The notes under the pieces: generated by a model
Told to the model about the DNA's origin: nothing
Databases searched by the model: none
The model's input: only the letters and a program-made list of their open reading frames with translations
In this document: positions 10,790-24,318 of the stretch, piece by piece
Layout of the letters: the number at the start of each line of letters is the position of its first letter
Numbering within the stretch: position 1 is the first letter of the stretch
Position numbers and translations under genes: made by a program
Source of the DNA: Octopus vulgaris
Taxonomy: Eukaryota
DNA length: 64,000 nucleotides
Direction: 5' to 3'
Assembly (NCBI GenBank): GCA_951406725.2
Contig: OX597819.1
Span: 3,162,001 to 3,226,000 of the forward strand

Positions 10790-13060
10790 AGTAGTGTGTG
10801 TATATATGGTTAAAAGTAACAGAATGTAGGTTATTAATATTCATTTGGCAAGGCAGGTGTTGGAGAAATAACCAAACCTTGATGTACATCAGAATTGTTA
10901 GTATATAGAGGGAAAGCCCTTCAATACATGCTGTAACGGAGTAAGAATTAATCACATGCCACTCTGGCCCTGCAGAAACTATTTTGGTGATCACTGAGAA
11001 TGATTAAAAAAAATACAAAATGATGAAGGTGGTTGCTAATGATTGTTTTTTTCAATGTTGGGATATTAGAAATGACAGTAATTGGAAGGTAATTGGCAGA
11101 GTCAGAGAGGTTGCAGGCTAGTTGGTAGGATAACTTGAGAAAAGGTATAGTTGAAGAGTTTGGTGTGAATAAGAATTTTAACAGAAGGGACACTACCAAG
11201 ACTAATTGTCCTATTACTTTTGATTGGTAAGTGAAGAAATAATATAATATTTAGTTATTGGTTATTCACATGTTAGCCCTAATTGAGCAGATCTAATACC
11301 AAAATCATTCTAATCATTAGCATCCACTTCTTTTTTCAACCATAGTGTATCAATTACTACAGTTTCCAATGTGTCTTTTCTATATTTTTATGATAGGACA
11401 TGATTTGAGGGAAATTGGATTACAATTTCCAGCTACTTGACCAACCCAATATAGAGTCACTCACTCTCTGATTTTTCAAGAGAGAAGTTTTCATAACTGT
11501 GTATTTTTGCAGTATTAAAGGAATAAAAAGAGCATAGAAAAATGTTTGTTGTGTGTATTTAGTGTGGAGTTGAAAGCAAAACAGGCAAACAATTTTGTGG
11601 TTTTATCAGAAGAGCAAGTTTCAGGGAAAACTGGTTCACAAATAGGAAGTAAGAAAATTCTGCAAAACTGGGAAGACTATCTTTACAGAGGATCAGGCCC
11701 AGCTATGGAGTGAGTGAGCTTGCAAGAAGATATCCGTTGCTTTCAAAGATAGTTGTCTTCTAAGTGTAATAATGGGTAAATGCCTTCTAGTAGGAGATGA
11801 TGGGTGACTTCTTTCATATGTTATAAGTAGTGTTCTTCACCTAACTGTACAGCTTCTGCGCTGTACATTGAGTCTTAGGCTTGTGAGACTTCATTGTGAG
11901 GGAGAGAATGTTGATGGGTATATTTAAGAGAATGGTATTGACTAGAGACTTAGTTGCCTCAGAAAGGTCCAGACAATTCAAAGGACAGGATTTATTATAT
12001 CATAGAAAATTGTAAGGGGAGTTTCCTTGAATAAGCAATGGGAGAAAGGTGGGTGGAGGAAAAGGTCAATATTGTTTAATAAGTTAGTGTGTCAGTCAAA
12101 GATATGAGTAGAAGAGGACACTAACTGATGTGAGCTAGTTTAGAAAGGCAAATGATTCAGTACCAGAAGTATCAGCTGGTATGAGTGCAAGAGTTCATTG
12201 GGACCATAACATCAATGATGAGACCATCTCAGTGAGGTGAAATAAGATAGATATCCTCAATCTAGGATTAAATTTAGCTGAGAAACAGCTGATTGTTGAG
12301 AGAATTCAAAGAGCAATAGACACAGCAGATGAATTCAGAGAATCAGAGAAGAGAGTCAGAGTAAATGGACTTTGTTGCTGATATCTAGGTGAAAATGAGT
12401 CAGAGAAAGATCCTACATAATTCCAAATACCATTTTTCAGAAAACATATAGAATATAGCCTGAAACTTGGACGACAAAGATGGGTTAGAGATAGAGATGA
12501 GAGATTTGTACCATAGAGAGAAATAAAATTTATAGTTTGCATGTTATGAGGAGTTAGTTTGGAGGCTGGAGACTGAAAGAAAATCAGATATTGTAATGGA
12601 AAGATGTCCAAACAGATGTGATTCTTATTGAGACATTTTTGTGATTCTCAAGATTAATATTTGGGTAGGAGAGGAAAAGGAAACCATAGCTCACGGGCTG
12701 TTGCCAAACACTGGAAATTATTAACCTAGTTGGGCCTCTCAACATACTGAACATCAGTCACAAAGTAAGAAAAAAAGAGCATACTGGTTATGTACCAGCT
12801 GATAGGGCAGCCTGCCATGGTGTTACCTATGATATAGATCTCTTGTCTCCATATTATCTCTAAAGGTAGGATTCTGGTGGAAAACCTTTTACACCAGAAT
12901 CTTCTAATAATCAGTGGCACTATGCCAAGTGCATCTAGTGACTCTGTTCCCTTAAACTACAGGTCTTGTCTGAGTGCTTACAATTCTACTAAAGGCACTC
13001 AAAGGCTACATACTGCAGTAGCTCTGGAAGTTAACATTACCTCTAAAACATTCTTCTGTT
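10790..13060 (-). mobile_element. Heavily decayed non-LTR retrotransposon (CR1/L2/Jockey-like) with endonuclease and RT remnants
   Basis: ORF 10948-11199 contains SDSANYLPITVISNI...LSDHQNSFCRAR, resembling the RT motif SDPSNYRPISL...LSDxQxGFR. The upstream 12000-12400 region has a weak endonuclease-like remnant. Confidence 0.5.
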
Positions 13061-13789
13061 AATATATATATATAAGTAATATCTACTTCTTTGTAATTTC
13101 CTAAAAGACTATTTTACTCCAACAAGAGAATTTATAGTTATCAAATTTCAAAAATAATATCTATGTCATGTTTTGTTCACATGAATCAAAACAGCAACCA
13201 ATTTAATACTAAATTAATAACTGTTTTGAGAGCCTATTTAGTTGCCATGATCTACATGTTAGTGCTCAAAGTTATAATATTTTTTGAGATAGAGAATAAA
13301 AACAAAAGTATTCTACCTTTTAATCTTTATGTTAGAAAAAATATAAAAACTCAAGTTTATGATAATTATCCCAGTGAAAACGAATGAGTGACCACATGCC
13401 AAATGAGATTTGTATCTGATCAGAAAATAGGTAGGAGCATACATTAAAAATGTGAGAATACAATGAATTTAAACCAGTGAATAATTGAGGAAAATAAAAG
13501 TCATACATGTAACAGATGTTGTTAAATTAAAAATATTGTAAAATATTTATTCCTGTATCTAGGTCAATATTTGTTTTTACCTCTTTTGTTGTTATATCCA
13601 ATTTTTCATGATTACATGGATGAGGTGATTTAACAGTTATGGAGGCTTCAGGCAGTTGTTGCATATATTTTATAGCCCTCTGCTCTTTCTATTCTAACCT
13701 TCAAATGATGTGGAAAAAGTATCAGTTAAGCTGACTGTGGTAAACTGATTAATGTGCATAACCTGGGTCTATATCACAACACTTGTAAA

Positions 13790-14750
13790 TATTGAGTTAG
13801 TAAAAAAGTTTGTAGAGTTTTTTTAAATAAAATTCATTAATAATATTTAGATAGTTGTACACACCTTTACTCAACTACATATTTCCCATTTTGTTCCACT
13901 ACCTTTTGCTATCTTTGAGGCAGTTTCATGATCCCATCCTCTCAGAACTTGGCATCTGTCTGGGTCATGAACTGGCCTAAGCAGTTTTTACACTCTTTTA
14001 AAGAATCAAAGTTCTTCCCATTAACCCTTTCGTTACCAACACACCTCTGGCTCTGAGTACAAGTGTCTTGTTTTCATAAGTTTTGAATTAAAATCTTCCA
14101 CCAAACCTTAGCCACAATTTATATTCTCAACACTAGCTTAGATAATCCAATGGTGCAAGGTGAGGTGAGTACGGTGGGTGGGGTAAGACATCCCACCCAA
14201 GCTGCACCAGTTTCTGTTTGATCTGCAAAGAACCATGTGGTCAGCATTGTCCTGATGTCAGATTACACCCTTTCGGTTGGCTAATTCTGTACGTTTTTTT
14301 ATTAATTGCTTCCTTTAATTGGTCTAAGTGGGAACAATAATAGTCTGAATTTAATGCCTGATTTTGTGGAAGTAGCTTGTAATACACAATGCCCTTCCAA
14401 TCCCACCAGATACAGAGCTTCACCTTCTTTGGATACAGACCAGCTTTTGGAGAGATTGAAGGTGGTTCATCTTGTTTTCTCCAGGATCTTTTACATTTTA
14501 TGTTCATTATTTACATTATTAAATATAGAACAATATTTTATGTTGTAAATAATCCATTTCTCATCACATGTGATCATTCTTTACAAAAATGGGTAATTTT
14601 TTTTCGTCTGAGCAGAGAATTGCAGATGGAAATGCATTGTATTAAGTTGTTGTTTTTTTCTGATAAGTTATGAGGCACTCAAACATCATAGCAATTTATG
14701 TAACCAAGTGTTTTTAAATGCATTATAATTCTCTCATGTGTGACATGGAT
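13790..14750 (-). mobile_element. Degenerate mariner (DD34D) transposase remnant
   Basis: Minus strand gives DV*VPHNL (WVPHxL motif), ITCDEKWIIYN, KVKLCIWWDWKGIVYY, LGWDVLPHPPYSPHLAPLDY and KVVEQNGKY, with stops and frameshifts. TIR-like end TATTGAGTTAGTAAAAAAGTT near 13790. Confidence 0.9.
14025..14142. mobile_element. One-ended piggyBac-family MITE fragment inserted into the mariner remnant
   Basis: TTAA|CCCTTTCGTTACC is the same terminus as the piggyBac element at 24319-25355. It interrupts the mariner frame just after the PLDY motif. Confidence 0.65.
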
Positions 14751-15376
14751 TATTTTTTTCACAATTTTTAGAAATTTTAGAAAACAAATTTAGCAAAAAT
14801 AAAGAAGTAAATGAATGGAAACTGAACAGGTGAGTGTGTTAAATAACAACACACAAAAAGAGAATGACTCTAGGCATAACAAAATATGCTTCAACACATG
14901 AACTCACATAAAGAATCTTGCAAACAAAATTCAAAAATGATACACACACACACATACACACACACATACACACACACACGCACAGGTATGTCGGTTCAAA
15001 CAGGAAAATAGAACTCAAAATATGAGTATAAGTATATTTTTATTTATATTTAGCAGAAGTAACAGAGTGACTGAAGGTCGGAGAGTTTCATGCATCGGCA
15101 CTTACCAAATATATATATATAGTTATATATATGTATATGCAACACAGTTAGCTTTGCTTGTCAACAGTTATTTATTTATAGTAATTTCTACTGCAATTGG
15201 TGGACAAGAGCATCATTGATTACAGGTTCGCAATGGGCCAGTCACTGTTTTTCTTCTTATTTTGTTTTCTTATTTTTGCAACAAGAGTAATACAGAAGTG
15301 TGTGTGTTTGTGTTCATACACTGTTTTCCCTTTGGTTAAGTTCTAGGAAATGTAAATGCAGAACAATAAAACAGAA

Positions 15377-15415
<39 letters not shown>

Positions 15416-15417
<2 letters not shown>

Positions 15418-15783
15418 CGCAGGAGTGGCTGTGTGGTAAGTAGCTTGTTTACCAACCACATGGTTCCGGGTTCAGTCCCACTGCGTGGCATCTTGGGCAA
15501 GTGTCTTCTACTATAGCCTTGGGCTGACCAAAGCCTTGTGAAACTGAAAGAAGCCTGTCGTATATATGTATATATATATATGCGTGTGTGTTTGTGTGTC
15601 TGTGTTTGTCAACCGATGCTGGTGTGTTTATGTCCCCGTTACTTAGCGGTTTGGCAAAAGAGACCGATAGAATAAGTACTGGGCTTACAAAAGAATAAGT
15701 TCTGGGGTCGAGTTGCTCGATTAAAGGCGCTGCTCCAGCATCGCCGCAGTCAAATGACTGAAACAAGTAAAAGAGTAAAAGAG
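15416..15783 (+). mobile_element. tRNA-derived SINE, family A (abundant, octopus-type, internal (TA)n/(TG)n)
   Basis: Head GGCGCAGGAGTGGCTGTGTGGTAAG...GGTTCAGTCCC with A/B-box-like motifs; tail AAACAAGTAAAAGAGTAAAAGAG; more than 10 copies in the window. Confidence 0.9.
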
Positions 15784-15877
15784 TATATGCATATATATAT
15801 ATATATATGTATGTATGTATATACCATAAATTATTGTCTGATAAGTACTTTAGTAATGTAAATGTATGTAAGTGAAG

Positions 15878-16160
15878 GCACATGGTCCATTGGTCAGGTT
15901 GCTGCAGTCATGATTGCTAGATTATGGTTTTGATTTCCAAACCAGCAGCAAAAACACTTCACTACACACTGTTCCAGTCCTTTCAGCCCTAAATGGGTAA
16001 TCCTGCAATGAACAAGCATTCCATTCAGGAGGAATGTTGGCCAGTTTGTTTAGCCAGAAGGGTGGCATCATTATAAAGCAACAAAAATGCAAGGAAGTGC
16101 ATTGTGACTAGCGATGTACAACAACGTCTAATAGCCTGGTCAATACAGTAATACCATGAT
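15878..16160 (+). mobile_element. Degenerate SINE, family D
   Basis: tRNA-like head. The 3' part GCATTGTGACTAGCGATGTACAACAACGTCTAATAGCCTGGTC recurs at 34295-34408 and 48790-48850. Confidence 0.55.
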
Positions 16161-17103
16161 ATATATGTGTGTGTGTGCGTGCGTGTGTTTTTTTTTGCAT
16201 GTGTAAGTTGTCTAAGAACCCATAAATCAGAAAAAAATGCACTCATACATTTGTCAGTAGAGTATCTGAATTTATACCCAGAATTGATATAGGGTACTGT
16301 ATATTTCAGTTAATATATATATATGAAATCAAATGATCTTTATTTCTCAAAACAGAACACAATTTACAAATCAATAAATACAAGGTCATGACAGGTCACT
16401 CAGTTTGTGTCAGATGCTGTCAAAATGACAGATGTTCTCAGAGCCTGTCAGACCCTATACTACTGGTTCCATCTGCAAAATAGAATAATGGTAGCCCATC
16501 AGGGGAATGGGTCCTGCAAGGTGGAGTGGCTGTTGCAATGAATGGTACTGGCCATTCTCCCTGTGGCAACGCTGTCATAGTCATTACCACAGGGCATGGC
16601 TGAGCACACTATTTTCTTCTGGGGTATGTGGCTCATTGCCCCCCCACCCTACCCTACCTCCTCCTCCTCCTCCTCCTTCTGTTGCTTTACTCCTCACCTT
16701 GTTTTCTTTTCTTTCTTTTATTTTCTCATCTCTTTTTCCTGTTTCTTTGTATTTAAATTTTAATAAAAGTTGTAATACATGAAAAACAAAATTACAAAAG
16801 TGAAAACAAAAACTACTCAAATAAACAAAATACACCCCAAAATTATAAATTGCACTAAGGTACAATGGCGTGTGTGTCTAGAAATGTTTGAGGTAATTAT
16901 TCACAGCATTATCATAAGTGATGGTGAGCCTGAGGCACTGGAACAGCCAAACACTCTTGCAAGCATTATTTGATGCTTCAGTGAGACAGGATGCATCATA
17001 TACATCCTTACCAAGCAATCTGGCTCCTCAGAACATCTCAAATGCCAAAAGTTGAAAAATGTAATTCAAAAGCAATTATGATATTCCATTATTTTATTTC
17101 ATA

Positions 17104-17525
17104 ACAGGAGCAGGCGTGGTTATATAGTGAAGAAGCTTGCTTTGCAATCATTGGTCTTGGGTTCAGCTCCACTGTACAACACAATGAATCAGTGTCTTTT
17201 GCTATAGCTACAGGTCAAATAAACCTTGTGAGTATATTTGGTTGGTAGAAACAGAAAGAAGTCCATCATGTGTGTGTGTGTGTGTTTGAGTTTACCCTTG
17301 TCTTGACATTACAGGATGGTTGTAAAGAAGTACCACCAACATACAAGTGATGTGTTCATTTCCAATCTTCCTTGGTAAACATGTCAGGCCATGGGAAATA
17401 CTACCTTGCTCGGAAACAGGTGAGGACCAACAACAAGAAGGGCATCCAGCTGTAGAAAATCCGTCTTGACAAGTTCCGTCTGATCCATGCAAGCATGGTA
17501 AAGCAGATGTTACATGTTAATGATG
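17104..17525 (+). mobile_element. Degenerate SINE: family-A-like head with an RTE-type 3' tail
   Basis: Head similar to family A, then GAAGGGCATCCAGCTGTAGAAA...CATGCAAGCATGG. Related minus-strand copies occur near 40155-40630 and 56775-57130. Confidence 0.6.
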
Positions 17526-20500
17526 TATGATGGAGTGAAAGATTTGCTAACAGCAGTATCTTATACGAGGCATCTGCTTCTAACTAAGGGCAAAGAGTGA
17601 ATTAATCATGTCTCTTTCCAATGTCCCTGGGGATATTTATGTTGGCTAGGGCTCATTTAATGATTAGGTTTATCTCATCATAATGGGATAAATGGTGTAA
17701 TGCTTCTCATATTAATATACATACATATGCTGAACATTAAAAAATATAATGAATACTCAGTGTTTACAAATGACATTACTAATATATTCAACAAGAAAGA
17801 TATTCCAATGTTAACATTGCTGGTCTCCTATTCTGAGATTTCCAGTTCCATCCACTAGTTCCAGCAAAACATCATGTAACAGTTCAAATAGAGTTCCATG
17901 CACAAAAGTGTCAAAATGGCAATATTGACAAATTACCTACAAAATCAATTTTCATTATGCCAGTGCATCATGCAGCATGCCAGAGAAATATAGCATCATC
18001 ACAAACACTCACTATTACTCCAGTTTGGTCATGATTTTAGGGATCTTTTTGACCCTGATTGCATTTCTTGAGCTTCCACATCTGCAATTTTGAATATACA
18101 TCAGAAGAAGATGGCTTAAGGATCATTTCCCTTTTTAATATATTGTTCAGCAAAATAATAACTAATGCATAAAACAGAAATAAAAATGTATTTTGACTAT
18201 AAATTGTCTCAGACACTGAGTAAACTTCTCCTCTGGAACTAGCAATCTAGTTATAGAATTTCACCCACCACCCTGTTGGAACCAGTCTATGTTGAGCAGA
18301 GCGGTAAGTATGAATGAGGGAAAGATACATAAACCCAGATGGTCTGGGGCTAAAGAAGTATCAAGATCCCAGATATTCAAATCTAAGTCAAATCCCAGCT
18401 TAACAATATCAATGATGCTCAATGCAAATAGTACAGAGCCAAGTGCTCATTCTGCCAAATTCCTGGAGTAGAAAGAGCACATTGGTTGCTTAAGGAGAGA
18501 TGAGGTGGCTGCTAAAAGGCCTACCAAGTAAGGTGGTCTAGAGTTCTGAAACCTTCATTAGGAAGAGATTACACCTGAATAAAGAGTTTAAGAACCCTCT
18601 TGGGGGCCTCAGAAGTGCTTACAAATGATGGTGGTGTGAACAGCTGCTTTGCACCCTAGTTTAGCATCAGTCCTGAGCTGAATGGTTGTGATTTTCGAAG
18701 AGAGGTATTAGGAGATCAATGACAAGCACACACTGAGCATGATGCTTTCAAAGTACATTCCACTACAACGAGGCAAAGACCACTGGATTTAAGGACTCAA
18801 AAACTAAAAACCAAGAACTTGTGAGGGGGAGAAGACTCTTGGGAGAAGAACTGGTTCATGAGTTGCTACAGACATTCTAAAAGTTTGAGACTTACACCAC
18901 CAACTGAAAGGCAAATACTGTCTTCAAGATAGTGGTGGTGGATTCTGGGACCAGACACTGCAAGAAAAGAAGTAATCACTTTTCTAGCATTATCTAGTGT
19001 AAAAACCCATCTTCAATAGCCTGATGGGGTGTAGAGAAGTTCCCTTCTCAATTGATCAAAGGATGTAGCAACAGTCTTTCTGCAGAAAACGTGAAAAAAG
19101 GGAAAAGATGGACAGTTCTTTTGATATCACATTCTTGAACTTGGCATTTATAGTATTGTTCAGGTTTGAATTGGCTGGTATTTGTAGCTTTTTTCTTTCA
19201 ATTTGCTGTTGACTTGAAATAAGAAATAGTTAAGGAAGTTTCAAATGACTCAAATTGTTGTTTTAGAGAAGAGAGCGAACTGACTTCTTTGTCATTCATA
19301 TAGAGAGTAACAAGTGGGAAAAGAAGCAATCTTTGCCAGTTAGAGACATCATTAGATAAACATACACTCTTCTGAAAATTTGGAGAAAAAGCAGGAGTAA
19401 AACAACTCTGAGTATCTGTATGAGTGAAGAGTTCTGATGTTGATAGGCAGATGCCTCAAGGCATCTATAAAATTCTCAACAAGGAACTGTTTGCTGGAGC
19501 TAGGTACAAGTCTACAATGAATGCCAGATGTGAAGTGGCATTAGTTACAAAAACCAATATTTTGTTTAACTTTTCAAAAAAATCTTTTAGTCAGCAGGAA
19601 AGGCAGTGACTATGACCATTACGTGATCTCAAAGGCTTGTGGCAGGGAGAGGGGGAAGTACTCTCAAAGCAGTGACTTGGCTTGAATGTTTGTAACAAAG
19701 ATGACTCCACTAGAGGAACTCAATGTGTAGGTGATAGTACTAAACCATATCATGAATGAAGTGCACCACCAGATTAAACCATGCTGGGATTTGAACTCAG
19801 AACACACAAAGCCAGAAGAGATGCCACAAGGCAACTAGATAAACATTCATACCGTTCAACTAATCGAATGGTCTGGTTTTATACCTCTTTAATTTCCCTT
19901 GAAAGGATGAAAGGCAAAATTGGTCTATGCAGGATTTGAACTAAGAACAAACTGTTAAAAGAAGAGAAACTAATTCAATTTATAAAGTTTACTGAATTAT
20001 TCTGTACTGGTATATGTGTTAAAGTATGTAACTGTAACCTAAATGAATACTTCTGACATACAACTAGTAACACAAAATAATTAGCTATACTAACATACAA
20101 CTATCTGACCTTTTAGCAATATATACTGAATTTACATAAAACACACACATAGTATATGAAAGAAGCAAGCTAGGAAGAGAAGTAAAGTGAGTGAAATATA
20201 GAGGAAGAAAAAACTTAAGGAGAGAGAGAGAGAGAGAAGGAAAAAGAGACTATATGTGACTAAATTTTTAGCAAAGGGTGTGTACAACTGTGATTTTAAC
20301 CCACGCATTCACACAGAAAAAAGATGTACAATTTGATTAATTGAAGGGAAGTAACTACGATTTCGAGTAAACATTTTTCCATTTTAGAAGCTAATGTTGG
20401 AATATTTCTAACAGAATACAAAATTTTTAGTAAGAAATAAAATATATATAAATCATTACGAAATACATTGATGGGTGAAAACATTTGTGATGAAGCAATA

Positions 20501-20694
20501 AGCATTTTGCAATACAATAATAATATTGTGTCAGTAATTTTAAAAACAATTGTGATTAACAGAAGTACAATGAAATGAATATAGAAATAACGATGATTAT
20601 AAGATTGTTACGAACCAGTCTCAGTCATTATATAAAGCTCAATATAAAAAATATAACAAAATTTTAACTAAAACCTCAAATGAAATAAAAACTG

Positions 20695-21003
20695 GCTCTC
20701 CGTCGGTTATGATGATGAGCGTTCCAGCTGATCTGATGAACGGAACAGCCTGGTTGTAAAATAAATGTCCAAGTGGGTGAGTACTCCACAGACACTTGTG
20801 TACACTTAATGTAGTTCTCAGGAAGATTCAGCATGACACAGAATGTGACAAGGCTGGTCCTTTGAATTACAGGTATAATTAATTTTTCCCAGCTGAGTGG
20901 ACTGGAATAATGTGAAATAAAGAGTCTTGCTCAAGGACACGTTGCTGGGAATTGAACTGAAAACCATACAATTGTGAGCCAATTACTCTAACCACTAAGC
21001 CAT
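20695..21003 (-). mobile_element. Older SINE related to family C
   Basis: The reverse complement shares the 3' half of 27777-28169 (...CAGCCTTGTCAC...GGAAC...CATCATAACCGACGGAG). Confidence 0.7.
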
Positions 21004-21021
21004 ACAATTTTAATATATTAT

Positions 21022-21256
21022 TTATTTCTTTACTACCCACAAGGGGTTAAACACAGAGTGGACAAACAAGGACAGACAAACAGATTAAGTCATTTTACAT
21101 TGACCCCAGTGCGTAACTGGTACTTAATTTATCGACCCCGAAAGGATGAAAGGCGAAGTCGACCTTGGTGGAATTTGAACTCAGAACATAACGGCAGACG
21201 AAATACGGCTACGCATTTCGCCCAGCATGCTAACGGTTCTGCCAGCTCGCTGCCTT
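21022..21256 (-). mobile_element. tRNA-derived SINE, family B
   Basis: GGCAGCGAGCTGGCAGAACCGTTAGC...GAGTTCAAATTCC...GTCGACTTCGCCTTTCATCCTTTCGGGGTCGATAAATTAAGTACCAG; multiple copies in the window. Confidence 0.88.
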
Positions 21257-22575
21257 TAATATATTATTATTATTATTGAGTGAGAGAGCAGTGCATGTCA
21301 TCAGAAGTGACACTGGGGTATAAATATACAAAGCCCAATATAGTCATGACTACCTGTCTGATAAGGGTACACTTGGCAAATTCATCACAACCATCTGTGC
21401 ATGACATGGTATCAAGTTAAACAGATATGCTCAACTGATTAAAGACAAGCAAATCTGTGGTATTGAGCAGAATATTTGCTGTAGCCCATCTTTTATACCA
21501 AGACAAAACAATGTACACGATAACACTTCCAATCAGTTAAGATCAGAAGTCATGAGGGGCCACTGCCTTGTATTACATCAGGTCATAGAGCCACTGCTTG
21601 GTATTATATCAGGACATTTTATTGCATCAGGGCAGTGAGCTGGAAGAATCATAACCGTGCCAGACACATGCTTAGTGGCAGTTCGTATGACTCTTTACAT
21701 TCCGAGTTCAAAAACTGCCAAGATAGACTTTGCTGTCATCTTTTAGGAGTCAATAAAATAAGTACCAGTTGAACACTGCCAAAATTGCTGGCCTTGTGCC
21801 AAAATTAGAAAGAATTATTATCATTATAATTAATAATCATTTTTACTAAAGACACAAGGCCTGAAATTTTGGGGGTGGAGGCTGTTTGATTACACTGACC
21901 CTATTGCCAAGCGGGTACAGATATTATCAATTCTGAAGGGATGAAACATAAAACTGAAGAAGAAAACTATTTTAGTTCAATGGAGTTATACCCCTTGGAT
22001 TGGGAGCAAAAGGGAAGATATTTGCTTGTAGGGTGGGGATTAGAGAAGTTGGAAAGGGAGTAAGTGGAGATGGGGCAGTGTGGGAGAGAGTTCGTTTTAA
22101 AATTATGTGAGTTTGTGAGGTCGTGTGCATGTTTATATATGTGTATATATCACAGCTGGATGTTGTGAGTCTTATATTAATTCCTCAGATTTTGGTGAGG
22201 AGAAAAAACTGATTCCAGTACTTATATACATGGTCAGTGTGCTAGAGCAAATTTGCACTCATGAGCGTATGAGTAGAAAACCTCGCTTTTACTGTTTAGA
22301 TAGGTTCCTGAGTAGAGTTCTTTAGTTTGATCCTTTCCTCAGCCAAGCAAAGCTGTAAAAGTAAAGTTTAAACTTTTCTAGATATGCAGTATTTTCCTTC
22401 AATATCCATATATACCACACTACAGACATATTTTGCCTCTCTTGGACTTAGTCTCAAAGTGAAGAGCCTTATGTTATGCTCATATATTTGCTACTCCACT
22501 GAAATCCTTGATGCCACAAGTTTTGACATGTGCTGTGAGGCCTTGATGAATATATACGTATGTATATATGAATAA

Positions 22576-22799
22576 GGTGGCAAGCTGGCAGAAACGTTAG
22601 CGTGCCGAGCGAAATGCTTAGCGGTACTTCGTCTGTTGTTACATTCTGAGTTCAAATTCTGCTGAAGTCGACTGCCTTTTGTACCTTTGGGGTTGATAAA
22701 GTACCAGTTTCGCACTGGGGTCAATGTAATCAACTTAATCCCTTTGTCTGTCCTTGCTTGACCCTCTATGTTTAGCCCCTTGTGGGCAGTAAAGAAATA
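22576..22799 (+). mobile_element. tRNA-derived SINE, family B
   Basis: Same consensus as 21022-21256, on the opposite strand. Confidence 0.88.
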
Positions 22800-23013
22800 T
22801 ATATATACGTATGTATATGTGTATCTGTATGTGTGTGGGTACTTGTGGATAGGTATGTGTGTGGGGAGACAGTATACAAAATGTTAATGCATGTGAGTCA
22901 TTGGGTTACAGGTTAGGAGGCATACTGTATGTGACCCACCCCTGACTACAGAAATTTATATCAATGTACCTTTTGTTCGTCTGCTAGAGAGGAGATTGTT
23001 TGCAATTGATACC

Positions 23014-23410
23014 TATTTCTTTGCTACACACAGAGGGGACAAACAAGGACAGACAGACGGATTAAGTCGAATACATCGACCCAAGTATGTAACTGGTACT
23101 TAATTTATCGACCCCAAAAGGAGGAAAGGCAAAGTCAACCTCGGCGGAATTTGAACTCAGAACATAGCAGCAGACAAAATACCTATTTCTTTACTACCCA
23201 CAAGGGGCTAAACACAGAGGGGACAAACAATGGACAAACTGAGTAAGTTGATTATATCGACCTCAGTGTGTAACTGGTACTTATTTAATCGAACCCAAAA
23301 GGATGAAAGGCAAAGTCGACCTCAGCAGAATTTGAACTTAGAATGTAATGGCAGACGAAATACAGCTACGCATTTCGCCCGGCATGCTAACGATTCTGCC
23401 AGCTCGCCAT
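23014..23410 (-). mobile_element. Dimeric or nested family-B SINE bounded by a 19-bp TSD
   Basis: Two tandem SINE bodies. Flanks ATTGTTTGCAATTGATACC (22995-23013) and ATTGTTTGAAATTGATACC (23415-23433) differ by one base. Confidence 0.85.
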
Positions 23411-24318
23411 ATCAATTGTTTGAAATTGATACCATAAACTTGACAATTAGGTAATCACAAGCATCACTGACCTTGATTTATGACAAGAATGCTCAAATTG
23501 TAACTGCTATTTGTATTATTACAGTTGTTATTAATGCCATTGTCATGGCCATTGGGCTGTCATCTTGAAGTGCTGTTATTGGAGTGGTTGATGATGGAAC
23601 TGTCTTGACTACAAGACTATCTAGTTTTCCATTTCTTTCTCTCTGCTGTATATATGTATGTATACGTATATCTGTATGTGTGTGGGAACTTGTGGATAGG
23701 TATGATGCGAATGTGTAAGAGCATGTATATGTGTCTTCCCATTTACATATGAAAAGGCATAATCTTGAACCTCTGTGCTCTGTTTTTCTCTTACTATACT
23801 GTACCCTGGATTCAGCCATTCCACTAATGTTTATAATTGCATAAGAGAAATAAAAAACACTGAGCATTTAACATCATTCTTGGTAGTTTTTGCTAAACAC
23901 TGAGGAGGTACATAAGATTAAGTAATGTTTTAACAAGAGGTTATGTATTCCAGGCAGTTAATATGTTGAAACCATTGTATGCTTCATAAAGCATAAAATA
24001 CCACATATTTTTTCTGTATTTTATAAAATACTATTACATGCCTTGTATTCACTGGCGCTAAGCTGTCTTGGCTTTTGCCTTAGTGGCATGGAGAGGGGGG
24101 AGGCTGGTGTGCATGGGCAACTGCTGGTCTTCCATAAACAGCCTTGCCTGGACTTGTGCTTTGGAGAGGAACTTTCTAGTTGCAATCCCATGGTCATTCA
24201 TGACGAAAGGGGTCTTTACCTTTTAAAATACACACACACACACACACACATGCATGAGTAGAACTTGTTGAAATTCTGTAGTATTAGAACAACCTTATCA
24301 ATAAATTTGAAGAATTAA

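Noticed and set aside
18240-19620. Possible very old LINE remnant
   Set aside because: The composition is suggestive, but I could not recover diagnostic motifs reliably.
22821-23704. 36-nt motif TATCTGTATGTGTGTGGG[T/A]ACTTGTGGATAGGTATG present twice
   Set aside because: Short and embedded in low-complexity sequence; most likely a small local duplication with no evidence of function.
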